Shown one piece after another: positions 48,575 to 60,516 of a stretch of DNA of 64,000 bases. Each line of letters opens with the position of its first letter. Position 1 is the stretch's first letter. The stretch is taken from the NCBI RefSeq assembly GCF_036365525.1, contig NC_090399.1:20160529-20224528 (forward strand), given 5' to 3'. Source of the DNA: Heterodontus francisci. Its lineage: Eukaryota. Made by a program: the position numbers and the translations under genes. The notes under the pieces were generated by a model. That model saw only the letters and a list, made by a program, of their open reading frames with translations, did no database searches and was not told where the DNA came from.

Positions 48575-51500
48575 TTTAAACATTAATCTTTATTGCATAA
48601 TAACTATATACACTCCACACTAGCCTGTGTGTCTCCTTCAAAAGCCTTGCTGTAACTGTTCTTGAGTCTCTCCCACATGATTTCTTAACTCATCCTGGTG
48701 GGCAGTAATCTTTACGTTCTCTCAGGATTAACCCTTTGATACCCTTATACTACATTTTCCCCACGTTTTTAGCCTAAGATATATTTAGACACATTCATTT
48801 TTTCATTTACACGCTATCCTATCTCCTCCCAAGTCTCTGACTTCATAGATTCAACCTATCAGGAGGCTTCACAACTCTCCCTAATCTTGTTGGTCGTCAG
48901 ATGTGAAAGATTGATAATCTTTCTCTGATCCCTTGTTTCTTGACTTGGACGGTCTTCGTTGAGTTTTGTAGCATTTGGCACTTTTTGATTTTTCGGTTCA
49001 TCATCTGAGTCGTCTAACTGTGTAACTAACGTCTTTGATGTAAAGGAATAAGATTCCTTCTATTTCTCCATATAGGATCTTCTTGAGTCCGTAGTAGAGA
49101 AGATCGCTGTTGATTCTCATCTTTCTGGAGAATTACCCTGTCTCTCTTTTGGTCTCGTACCCATACTTTTTGCCCTTCTGACAACTTTGGTAGGTTTCAG
49201 GTACGGAACCTTCTGTTATGATAATGGGTCTGCTTGTTTCAATATGACTTTTCTATGTCCAGTATTTTCTGATAATCCTTGCCTTGCAATCCTGGAAGTA
49301 ACTTCTTGCATAGAATTGAAAATTGCTTTTGAAGTTTTCATTAAGAGTTGTGATGGCGCTAATCTGCACAATAATGGAATAGTTCTGTATGTCAGTCGTG
49401 CTAAATGGAAATCTCTTTTTTTTCAATCAACATAATTTTAATGGTTCTGACTGCTCGCTCTGCTTCTCCATTTGATTGTGGATACTTAGGAGAGCTTGTT
49501 AGGTGAACAAATCCACATTATTCTGCAAAGTGCGTGAAGTAATCGTTTGCAAATTGCAGTCCATTATCAGATAATATGTGATCAGGTATACCAGGTGTTG
49601 TGAAACTTCTTGTAAAACTCTGATGACTGCTTCAGTTGTTGTTGTGTTGTCCATCTTAACTTCGATCCATCCTGAGAAGTAATCAACTATAATTAGCTAG
49701 GCTCTTCCTTCAAAGAAGAACAAATCCACGGTCTAGTTGAGAATTGGGTCGAAATTACAGGTTCTCTTTGATCTTGTCTTCCCCAGCTTCTTCCCCAGTT
49801 CTCTGTCCGTGTAGCACTCCTGTGATACTTACTGCATTTCTGTTTATCTCTCTGCTAATCTTTGAGCAGCACGGCGGGCTGTGAAATATTGCATTGTGTG
49901 GGCTCTGTAACGAAATCTGGACTCTCTGCAAAACTCAGGTCAGGGTATGGGGCTCTCCCTCTGTCCTCGCTCCTGGATTATTCTCGTTTATCTACTTCAA
50001 CTTTCTCAATAATATGAAGATCAATAAAAGTTCTTCTACTTAAGTCTGCGAACTCCTGATTTCTTAGGACATACAGTGTTTCTAATATTTACTTTCCATT
50101 ATATTGAAGCGTTGCTTGTAACTTCCCCTTTACTTCAAGTACAAGACCTCCTGGGCCATGCAACTGAGTTTCTATTGCTTGCTCCGGTGTCAAGTTTGAA
50201 ATGTGTCTGCTGACCAAAATGCTCGTTTCAGATCATTGATCTCACCCAGAAAATATTTCGATTGGTCTGCTGCAGGAGCTTCTGTAACTTCATTTATCTC
50301 TCTATTCTTAACTACTTTTCCTTTAGAGGTTGATGTGGTCACGATTTTATTTCAGCATAATCTTACTGAGATGCCCTATTTTTCTGTAATAAAGGCATTC
50401 TGCTCTATTGGCGGGACACTGTCCATGCCTGTGGGACGTTTTTGCAACACAATGTTTAAGGACATCTTTTGCTCTGCCCCCTAGTGTACCTGTTTTCCTG
50501 GTACCTCTTGTTCAGCCGTCTGGTGAAGGAACGGAACTGTTACAGGAGGATTCCTGTACCGGGGTCTTTCCTCACCTCGTATGATTGGTCTGTTATTGCT
50601 GCACTAATTGAAGTCGGGAACAAAAGCTTTCACAACGTGTTCAAATTTTGTTGATTTTATCAATACGCTGCTATTATATCATCAGCTACAGCACCAATTA
50701 AATACAATTATTTATTAATTTGCTCTGCTTCAGACCTGCTGTCCAATTTCAATACAATTCTATATCTGAGAAATATTTTCCTCTATAGTACCCAGTTTTG
50801 AGTCTGATTGGATCCCTTGTGACTTTTGAAACTCTCTGGAAGTCCCAATTTTTGATCCATTTTTAAAAATTTACAGACTTTTTAGCGTGTTTGCCTTTAA
50901 GAAACTCTTTTTCTCACACTAGCTTGCTTTGATGGAGTGTATCAGGTGCTTGAGAGAGTTCCTGATGTTTTAAATAGGCTTTCTAGGGGTTTACCCTTTG
51001 CTTCAGCAGCTCACTTATATCTTTATTTATTCTGAGATACAGCACTGAAACAGGCCCTTTGGCCCACCGAGTCTGTTCCAATCAACAACCACCCATTGAT
51101 ACTAACTCTACACTGCCCCCAGGTTTTCTACCACATCCCCACCATTCTCCTACCACCTACCTACACTCGGGGCAATTTACAATGGCCAATTTACCTATCA
51201 ACCTGCAAGTCTTTTGGAGGTGGGAGGAAATCGGAACACCCGGCGGAAACCCACGCAGACACAGGGAGAACTTGTAAACTCTGCACAGGCAGTACTCAGA
51301 ATCGAACCCGGGTCGCTGGAGCTGTGAGGCTGCAGTGCTAACCACGGCGCCACTGTGCCACTGACAGCTGACACAGCTGTCTATTGGAATTAACAGAGCT
51401 GTTCCGTGGACAGTTTCAGGGTTTTCCCCTTTTCTTTTTAAGACCACGAGATACTTCAAGCTTGACAGCTTTAATTATTTTTTCAGGCTTGGCTGCATTA

Positions 51501-52166
51501 ATGGAGATTCTGCTGTATTCGGGGTTTCCCTGCCCTTTTTTTCTCTTCAGTATCGGACTTTTCCCGTACATTTTTTTCAGTTCGTGCACTTTTCAGGGTT
51601 CTCTCCACTCTCCACCCTTGCATTCAGCCTGAGTGAGGGATGGGTTGACCCCATTGCTTTTTTCTTTCAATCTCACACTGAGACTTTGGAAAAAATAATT
51701 TTTTAAAACTCTTCAAAGGCTTTTTTTTAAACCAGGATTTCTTAGGCGTCAGCACAATAATTCAGCCGATTGCTTGTTTGCAGCCATGCTTCCATTCTAT
51801 GGAGCTTCTCTCAGCCTTCAAAGATCTGTTGTTTCTTTTTATCTTTTCAGATACTTATTTTAAATTCTCTCTTCTGGCTGAAGGATGCTAGTTACTTCAA
51901 ACTTTTTCTTCTGAGTGTAGAATCCCTCCACTGTTCACCATATTATATGTTTGGCTCTTCATGCTGCCACCGTCAGAGAGGTTCTTAGACTGTAGTGTTT
52001 AAACATTAATCTTTATTGCATTGTAAGGATATACACTTCACACCAGCCTGTGTGTCTCCTTCAATAACCACGCTGTAACTGTTCCCAAACCTCTCCCACA
52101 TAATCCCTTACATCATCATGATGGGCCGCAATCTTTACGTTCTCTCAAGATTAACCCTTTGATACA
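48575..52166 (-). mobile_element. Gypsy LTR element remnant, unit 3 copy
   Basis: Nearly identical to 31958-35549. Confidence 0.85.
51022..51359 (-). mobile_element. HE1-type V-SINE, unit 3 copy
   Basis: Paralogous to 14467-14804. Confidence 0.9.
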
Positions 52167-52537
52167 TTTAGATGACAAAGCACACAGGCTGAAGTGTGTC
52201 ACATACACACAGAGTAACACACAGGCTGGAATGAGTCACAAATGCAAAGTAACACCACAGGCTGGAGTCAGTCTCTCTCTCACTCACAGAGTAACACACA
52301 GGCTGGGGTTTGTCACATACACAGAGTAACACACAGGCTGGAGTTTGTCACATACACAGAGTAACACACAGGCTGGAGTATGTCACATAAACAGAGTAAC
52401 ACACAGGCTGGGGTATGTCACATACACAGAGGAACACACAGGCTGGAATGAGTCACAAATGCAAAGTAACACACAGGCTGGAGTCAGTCTCACTCACATA
52501 CACACACAGAGAAACACACAGGCTGGAGTCAGTCTCC

Positions 52538-52573
<36 letters not shown>

Positions 52574-55500
52574 CACACATGCTAGAGTGGGTCACACACA
52601 CAGGGAATGTATCCATCTTGTGGATTTTCTGACGGTAGAATTGGATTTGGGCGGCACTTCCGCTCCCTCGTTTTTTGCCTGTTGCCACCCGATTACAAGT
52701 GGAAATCAAAGTTTCAGCAGCGGGCATGGGAGATACATGCGATCATGTGGTGTGGAATACTTTTCATGGTGGAGCCTGCTGTCATTCAGGGAAGCATTAT
52801 GCATGGCATTGTTATAAATAATCCTTCAGTGCAATCAGGGAGGCTCATCAACGAGGCCAGTCTTTTTCAGAGACTTCTGGGCTTTTCCCCTTAAATCTTA
52901 CCCACCCTCACCCATCTTTACACCTGTCGCAAACAAAGGCTATGGACCCTGGCAACATTACGGCAAGAGCACTGAGGACCTGTGCTCCAGAACTTGCCGC
53001 GCCCCCAGACAAGCAGATTTGTGATGGTGCGGGGGTGCGTGGAGGGGTGGGGTGGGGGTGGGTGGGGGGGGGAATAGTAACCGCAGTGAGACAGGGACAC
53101 CAGCAGATGGAGATGCTGAGCCATTGCTGATGGGAAGGTTTGGTGTTACTGAGAGTTTGACAGTTTCCAAACACAGAGTAACACGCTGGCTGGAGTGTGT
53201 CACAGGCACAGAGTAACACACTGGTTGGAGTGTGTCACACGCACACACAGAATAACACACTGGCTGAAGTGTGTCACACACACACAGAGTAACACACTGG
53301 TTGGAGTGTGTCACACGCACACACAGAATAACACACTGGCTGAAGTGTGTCACACACACACAGAATAACACACTGGCTGGAGTGTGTACACACACAGAGT
53401 AACTTACTGGCTGGAGTGTGTCACACACAAACACACAGAATAACACACTGGCTGGAGTGCGTCACACACACAGAATAACACACTGGCTGGAGTGTGTACA
53501 CACACAGAGTAACACACAGGCTGGTGTACGTCAAGAATATCAATGTGCTACCAAGAAACAACTGAAGACACTGGATGCTGCAAAGGCAATGGGCCGTGAC
53601 AATGTTCCGGCAATAGTACTGAAGACCAGTACCTGATATGAAATGTGACCCGTGGTAAGATGGAATTTCTTCTGGAAATCGGTTTTGCAGCATGCATTTC
53701 CTGGAATATTTCCAGAATGTGTTGTGACAAGGTCCCAGGCTCATAAGGTTAAACAAGATGAGATGGATTCAGATGTTTTCGAGGACAATTCCGATGTTTG
53801 GTTGGCTGAAATATTTTTCAGGGATTTGGATGAGGACATTGGTGTTAAAGGCTCCAAGGTTAACAATGGGGAATTGTTTAGCAGATCTCCCGTGATTTTG
53901 GGACACAACAGGCAGATCCTGATTTTAGGAGCTTGTCTCAGGCGACCTGTTTTGAGCCACAGACTGAAAAGTTTTATTAGTGTTATTACGTCAAGAAAGA
54001 TGAGGAAGTGGAGACCTCTCCGCTGATGAGGATTGGGCTGTAATCCATCAAATGGTTGTCCCTCCTTGCTATCATAGTGTAATTTAGAGAATTGCCAATG
54101 AAATCCCAGTCACAGGTCATTTGTGTTTTCCAAAAACTCAGGTTAGGGTAATGACATATTGTTACTAGCAAAGCTGCATCAGGATGTGGTTCACTATTGT
54201 AAGACATGCCACACATGTCAAATGGTTGGGATCCACAGCCTATATCTTTACCTTTGCCACCTATCTCAATAAAAGCAGATTTCCTTTCATTATCAAAAGT
54301 CTTTTCTTTCCAATTTCTCTGAAAGTTTCCAAATTGAGGCCTGTGACAACTGCTTTGTGAATCAATTCATAATCATGTGCTACTACTGCGGCTTCCTTTA
54401 TTTTACAAACTTCATTTTTTAAAATTTGTTTGTGGGATGTGGGCGTTGCTGGCTAGGCCAACATTTATTGCCCATCCCGAAATGCCTTTGAACTGAGTGG
54501 CTTGCGAGGCCATTTCAAAATGCTTTTTTGTGTCTGGAGTCAGATGGAGGTCAGACCACGTAAGGATGGCAGATTTCCTTCCGAAAAGGACATTAGTTAA
54601 ACAGATGGGTTTTTATAACAATCGACAATGGTTTCATGGTCACAATTAGACTAGCTTTTTAATTCCAGAATTGTGAAGAAAATTCAAACTTCACCTTCTC
54701 CTATGGTGGGATTCGATCCCATCTCACCAGATTTTTAGTTTGTGCTCTGGAATACTAGTTTAATAACATTAACACTCTGCCGCGAACTCCCCCATGTTGT
54801 TTCATTTGGAAACTTATTCCTGAACGAATACTGTGTTTCAAATCTTCCATCAGAATTACTTCCCTCAGGCTCTCAAAGTCTTGTGCAATCTTTATTGACC
54901 TATACCACCTATCAAATTCAATCGTGTCTTTCAAAAGGAAATAGGATAAATACTTGAAGGGAAATGAAATGGGAGTAGAGGGGGAAAGGACCGGATGTGG
55001 GACTAGATAAATTGCTCTTGCAGAGAGTAGGCACGGGCATGATGGGCCGAATCACCTCCTTCACGAGGAGTGAGAGCGCCCATTAAGGCCCTATCACTCA
55101 CTAATCGAGGAAGAGGTCTTGCAAATAAAGATGAGTGTTGAGGCTGGAGGACACATCCTGCAGGTTTCTTCTCTAATTTACAGTGTGCCCGTTCTGAACG
55201 AAATCTCACACTGACACACAATGCATAGGAAAATTCAGCTGCTTTCAGCTGACGCTCATCAGTCTTTGCTTGACCTCAACCCTAAATACTAATTCTTGAC
55301 CTTCTGTTCTATTTCAGGGCAATGGAATGTGCCCAGAACCTGAGGTGTGGGAAATGGGTTGCACTTGTGATCATGCGGAAGCACCCACGGTTACTTCCGC
55401 AAGCATCAGCTCAGAGACTTGCATTGCCAGTACTTTAGTTGGTATGCAAGATGGTTATGGACTGTTCGACTCAAGGAGCAGCAGAGAATGGAAAATGGGT

Positions 55501-57114
55501 AGCGGGATAGGATGGTTAGTAAGGGGCTTTCTGCAGGAAGAGCTAACATCTTAAAGAGCACAGCTGAAGATTTCGAGGACACAGTCAACATTCAAAAACT
55601 GCTTCCTATTTACCAGGGCTTTTCCAGTGCTTTGGGCAGCCTGCCTGCGATTCGACACACAATGACAGAGAGCATGGAAAAATCCAGCTCCAGATGTTGG
55701 AGAGGGGGTGAGGGGGTGGGGGGTGTGTGTGTTTGTGAGGGGTGGGGTGGGCGTGTGTATGTATCATTCAGAACGGTTTTAACACCTTAATGTCGAGAAT
55801 GGAGTGAGACAATTGAAGTCAACGGAACTGAGTATTGGAAGGGGCGCATAAAGGGCACTCGATTCCATGCCACCCACATTGCTTTCATGCCAAAGGCAAA
55901 CTATTATCCTGTCGATATATAGACTGCTTTAGGGAAATAGCAGATCCACCTTGTATTCCTGCTGATTTATATTATTCCTTTTTCGTAATGCATCAAAGAC
56001 AGCCTGCGCTACAGTTAAACTGCTTCTTACAATACAGACATCAACAACGACCTGCGGGGCACAAACCAGGCAGAACCACTTTTGCTGCCTTTTCTTCCAG
56101 ATGCCGATATTCAGTGCTATTGAAGTCAAGTAGATTGAATATCGGCAGGGGCGTGTAACGAGCCACCAATGCAATGCCACCTGCTTTGTCAATATCCACT
56201 CCCGTGTACTTGTATGGCATGTTTAATGCAGAAAACCATCACAAAGCACTTCAGAGAGGCCGAATCAAATAATAATAGATATTGAACCAAGAGTAATTCT
56301 GAGAATAGGATTGGTCAAAAAGGTGGGTGTTAGGGACTGTTTGAAGCAGTTGAGGGATAGTAAGGTGGAGCGGTTTAGAGCAGCAATTCCACAGAGCGGG
56401 TGTCTGTGGCTCCAGGTTTGACAGCAAGAGGGGATCGAATGGGGAGTCTTTGCTGAAGAGGTCGTAATTGAAGAGGGAGGACAGTTGGGATGTTAGGCAT
56501 GGAGCAGGTCACAGGGATAGAAAGAGAGAATAGGCGGAAGTTCAGGGAGGGTGGCTAATCGGAACTTGGACAGCAATAATCGGCGTAGCTTTGCCGTTAG
56601 ACCATTGTGTAAAACCTGTGGTACGGACTGCACCACTCGGGAAGAAGCTCTCCTGATTTAATTTTCCAACAAAGTCGAAATTACCCCACTTAGCTCTGCT
56701 GGTGTCAAAGGCATGAACGAGGGTTTGAACGTCTGATGCATTGACGAAAAGCTGGAGTTTGACAACATTAAGACGATGAAACTTGTCGGTCTATATTCAC
56801 TTCTCGGTTCAACCGAAACCCAATGTCCCATGAACGCTGAGCTGCTGCAATCAAAAAGCAGCAACGGAGCAAGAGTCTCAGAGGCGAGGATTTTTTCAGT
56901 CTGAGATTGCACACTGTTTTTAATTCTCTGGGGATTGGGGAGTTCACGTTAATTGCTGGTTTATGAAGAGATGTAGTAACTTGTTTGTTTGAAAGCATCT
57001 AGCTAATGACACCAGTTCTGTGACCTCACTCTCTCACTGGACGATTGGCTCGTGTATAAATGAGGTTGTTTCAGTGCATTGCCTCGGATCAACCGCTCCT
57101 AGTTTTTGGAGAAA

Positions 57115-57178
57115 ATGGGACGACAGGCACTTCCAATAGAAATGTTCTTTCCGATTCTCGCAGTTATTGGCATTCCTG
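57115..57178 (+). CDS. GPR139/GPR142-like GPCR copy 4, coding exon 1 (type B)
   Basis: ATG at 57115; donor gtaagt at 57179; TATAAA at 57055-57060. Confidence 0.9.
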
Positions 57179-59183
57179 GTAAGTAATTCCAAACTACCCT
57201 GAAAGATTTAGTGCACCATTGCTAAACTGCATTATTATTTTCCCTGTGTGTTTTTGTTATTGTTGTTGTTGCCTTTGTGACGGTAATTTGCATTAGCCAG
57301 GTGGTAAAGTCGAGCATTCGATCGCTCGCCCATTGATGAGTTCGTCCGATTTTCGTTCCCTTTGATGTTTATGTTAATGGCTCAGTCCTGTTCTATATCA
57401 CTGGGCAGGCAGTCAATCCCTCCGCATTACAAAGTGAAAATGGACCCTGTGTCATTTGTACTGAGCTGTGGCTCTGTCGGTCGAAATCTCTGCTTTGAGT
57501 CGGATAATCTTGCGTTTCCCTCCCATTTCAGTGAGTTGAGTTCAGACTGTAAGCTGCCATTTCGGTGCAATATTGATGAAGTGATGCGATATTGTCGAAT
57601 TATAGAATTGTTACAGCACAGAAGGAAACCATTCATCACGTCGTGTCCATGCCAGTTCTCAGGGAGTGCAGCACAGCTCATCCCATTCCCCTGTCTTTCC
57701 CCCCGAGCCCAGCATTTTTCTCTTCAGATAAATATTCAATTCCCTTTTGAAAGCCACAATTCAATCTGCCTTCACCACACTCTCAGGCAGTGGATTCCAG
57801 ATCCGAACCATTCACTGCGGAAGATAACTTTTCCTCCCCTTTGATTCTTTCACCAAACGCCTTAAATCGGAGTCCTCTGAAATTCGACCCTCCCGCCAAT
57901 GGGAACAGTTTCTCTCTATCTATTCTATCCAGTCCCCTCATGATTTTGAATACCTCTCAATATTGCACCTCTCAAATCTCCTCTCAATTATCTCTTCTTT
58001 GAGCAGAATAGTCCCAACAGAGCAGTAAATGAAGTCCCTCATCCCCAGACCATTTTGTAAATATTTTCTGCACTCTCTTCAATGCTTTCACGTCCTTCCT
58101 AAAGTGTGGTGCCCAGAATTGTATAGAATACTCCAGCTGAGGCCGAGCCAGTGTTTTATAATGGCCCGACATTAACTTCCTTGCTTTTCTACTCTCTGCC
58201 ACGATCTATAAAGCCCAGGATCCGTATTCCTTATTAACCAATTTCTCAACCTGCCCTGTCACCTTCAACGATTTGTGCTCATACACCCGTCCCCCACATC
58301 CCCGCCAGAACCTTCTGCTCCTGAACCTTCTTTAGAATTGTTTATCCATTATTTTATATTGCCTTTCCTCATTCTTAAAATCATCTTTTTATGAGACGTT
58401 AAAAAATAACTGATTTAATTTTAATAAAAATGCAGTACTGGTTCAGCTGGATACAATCGTCATACTGCTAAATGTTGAATTAAATCTCGAACTATTCACG
58501 TATGGGGTAATTTTCACTTTGTATTAACATCAATGCGCAAGAAAAATGGAAGGGCTGTAAAACACGGGGCCCATTTGATATCAATTGCTTTTGTTTTGCT
58601 TTGCACGGCAATGAAAGTTAAAAATGTTCCCAATGTTTCTATTTGCATAGAAAGGGAGATAAAACAGCATTAATCAGTAATAGGCAAGGAATGTTTATAT
58701 GTTTTAACTGAATCGAACCGTAAAAAACTGATGGCAGTGGATACAACTCTGATTTTACCTGTCGCCCGATTCTCTTCTCTATTGAAGTCACTGTGAACAA
58801 CATTGGGCGGAACGAGCATCCCATAGAATCCGTCAGCATCCGGCCCAGCAAGTTACTTCCAAATGGCTCCCATTAATGGTTTCATATTAGAATATCATGA
58901 AGTTACCGCAGGGAAAAAATGTCTGGCAAGAAGATGGGGAAGTTTGCAGCAGCTGCTACGTGACAATTTATTCCAATCCAGGTTAACTATTAGCTATATT
59001 GTGCAATGGGTAATATTGAATTCTCCGCCCCTTGTTCATTCAGCCTGTTACTCTCTTCCAATGACTTCCATGGAAAAAAAATGGATGGCCAATTAGATAC
59101 CGCTATTTGACCCGGTCACACATGGTTAAAATTACCCCCGGTTCCTCCACCCCACAACTCTCAGCCTTATGATGCTGAACACC

Positions 59184-59539
59184 GGCACTGTGGGCGGCAC
59201 AGTGGCGCAGTGGTTAGCACCGCAGCCTCATAGCTCCAGGGACCCGGGTTCGATTTCGGGTACTGCCTGTGTGGAGTTTGCAAGTTCTCCCTGTGTCTGC
59301 GTGGGTTTTCTCCGGGTGCTCCGGTTTCCTCCCACAAGCCAAAAGACTTGCAGGTTGATAGGTAAATTGGACATTACAAATTGTCACTAGTATAGGTAGG
59401 TGGTAGGGAAATATAGGGACAGGTGGGGATGTTTGGTAGGAATATGGGATTAGTGTAGGATTAGTATAAATGGGTGGTTGATGTTCGGCACAGACTCGGT
59501 GGGCCGAAGGGCCTGTTTCAGTGCTGTATCTCTAATCAA
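59184..59539 (+). mobile_element. Young full-length HE1-type V-SINE, private to the copy 4 intron
   Basis: A and B boxes, V domain and CR1-like tail; flanked by acc/acc. The empty site aacaccagatttcc is present in copies 1-3, and the intron is 360 nt longer than in copy 2. Confidence 0.95.
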
Positions 59540-59617
59540 ACCAGATTTCCAACTTGCTGTCGGTGTACATCTCTGTTCAATGTTTTGTTAAATTTCCTGT
59601 TTTTGCATTTCTCCCAG

Positions 59618-60516
59618 CGAACCTGCTGTCAGTTTTGGTTCTTTTCCAAAGGAACTGCGGTCTTTCCAAAGGAATCACTCGTTATATGATGGCCATGGCC
59701 GTGGGAGACCTCATGGTCCTTATCTTTAATGTTATTGTGAGCCAAATCATCAAGTATCATTTTCCAGATTCATTGCTGAACTACACTTCCGCGTGTCGTT
59801 TTACTGTCTTCATGCAAGGGTTTAGCATTCAGCTCTCTATCTGGTTCACACTGTCGTTCACCTTTGACCGTTTTGTCGCAATTTGTTGCCAGAAATTGAA
59901 ATCAAGATATTGCACCGAAAGGACAGCCACCACGGTTATAACGACCATGTGTGTGCTCAACATTTTGATCAATATTCCCATGCCTTTCCGCTATGAACCC
60001 GATTATACTCTCAACAATATACAGTGGGGCTGCCGCACCGTCACAGGATATTTTACTTCACCCGCATGGAAGATTCACCAATGGATTACCATCCTCTCAA
60101 ATGCATTACTTCCAATTCCTTTGCTGCTGCTGTTGAACTCTCTCACCGTCAGGCACATTTTATTAGCCAGTAGAGCTCGCAAAGCCCTGAAGAGCAACAA
60201 CAATGGAAAAACCGGCAGTGATCCCGAGATGAAGAACAGAAGAACATCCATCATTCTACTCTTTGCTATCTCGGGCACTTTTATTGTGTTGTCGGCCCCT
60301 ATTACCGTAATACACATTTGTGTCGGTGTCACACAGACACTCGATTTCCAAGGTTCAAACTCACTTTATTTGGCAATTAGAATCACATTTCTGTTGATGT
60401 GCACCAGCTCCTGTACAAACACTTGTATTTATGCACTGACACAGAGGAGATTCAGAGCGGAGATCAAAAATATGGTGAAATATCCGTATTATCTCATTGT
60501 TAAATTATTTAAATAA
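59618..60516 (+). CDS. GPR139/GPR142-like GPCR copy 4 (B/A mosaic), coding exon 2; spliced gene 57115-60516, 320 aa
   Basis: Acceptor ctcccag with AG at 59616-59617; 899-nt open frame. Confidence 0.95.

Larger units (their letters stand above)
36860..53515 (+). repeat. Tandem segmental duplication unit 3 (16656 bp; lacks the CR1, the deletion and the intronic SINE)
   Basis: Empty CR1 site acaggctggtgtacgtc at both ends. Confidence 0.93.

Noticed and set aside
28500-53515. Units 2 and 3 being a false duplication in the assembly
   Set aside because: Their 3' halves are nearly identical but show scattered SNPs and different minisatellite lengths, and their 5' halves are clearly different types; long reads would still be needed to exclude it fully.
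59192-59262. tRNA gene
   Set aside because: The A and B boxes continue into a V domain and LINE-like tail, so this is a SINE head (the same holds for ~14740-14804 and its paralogues).
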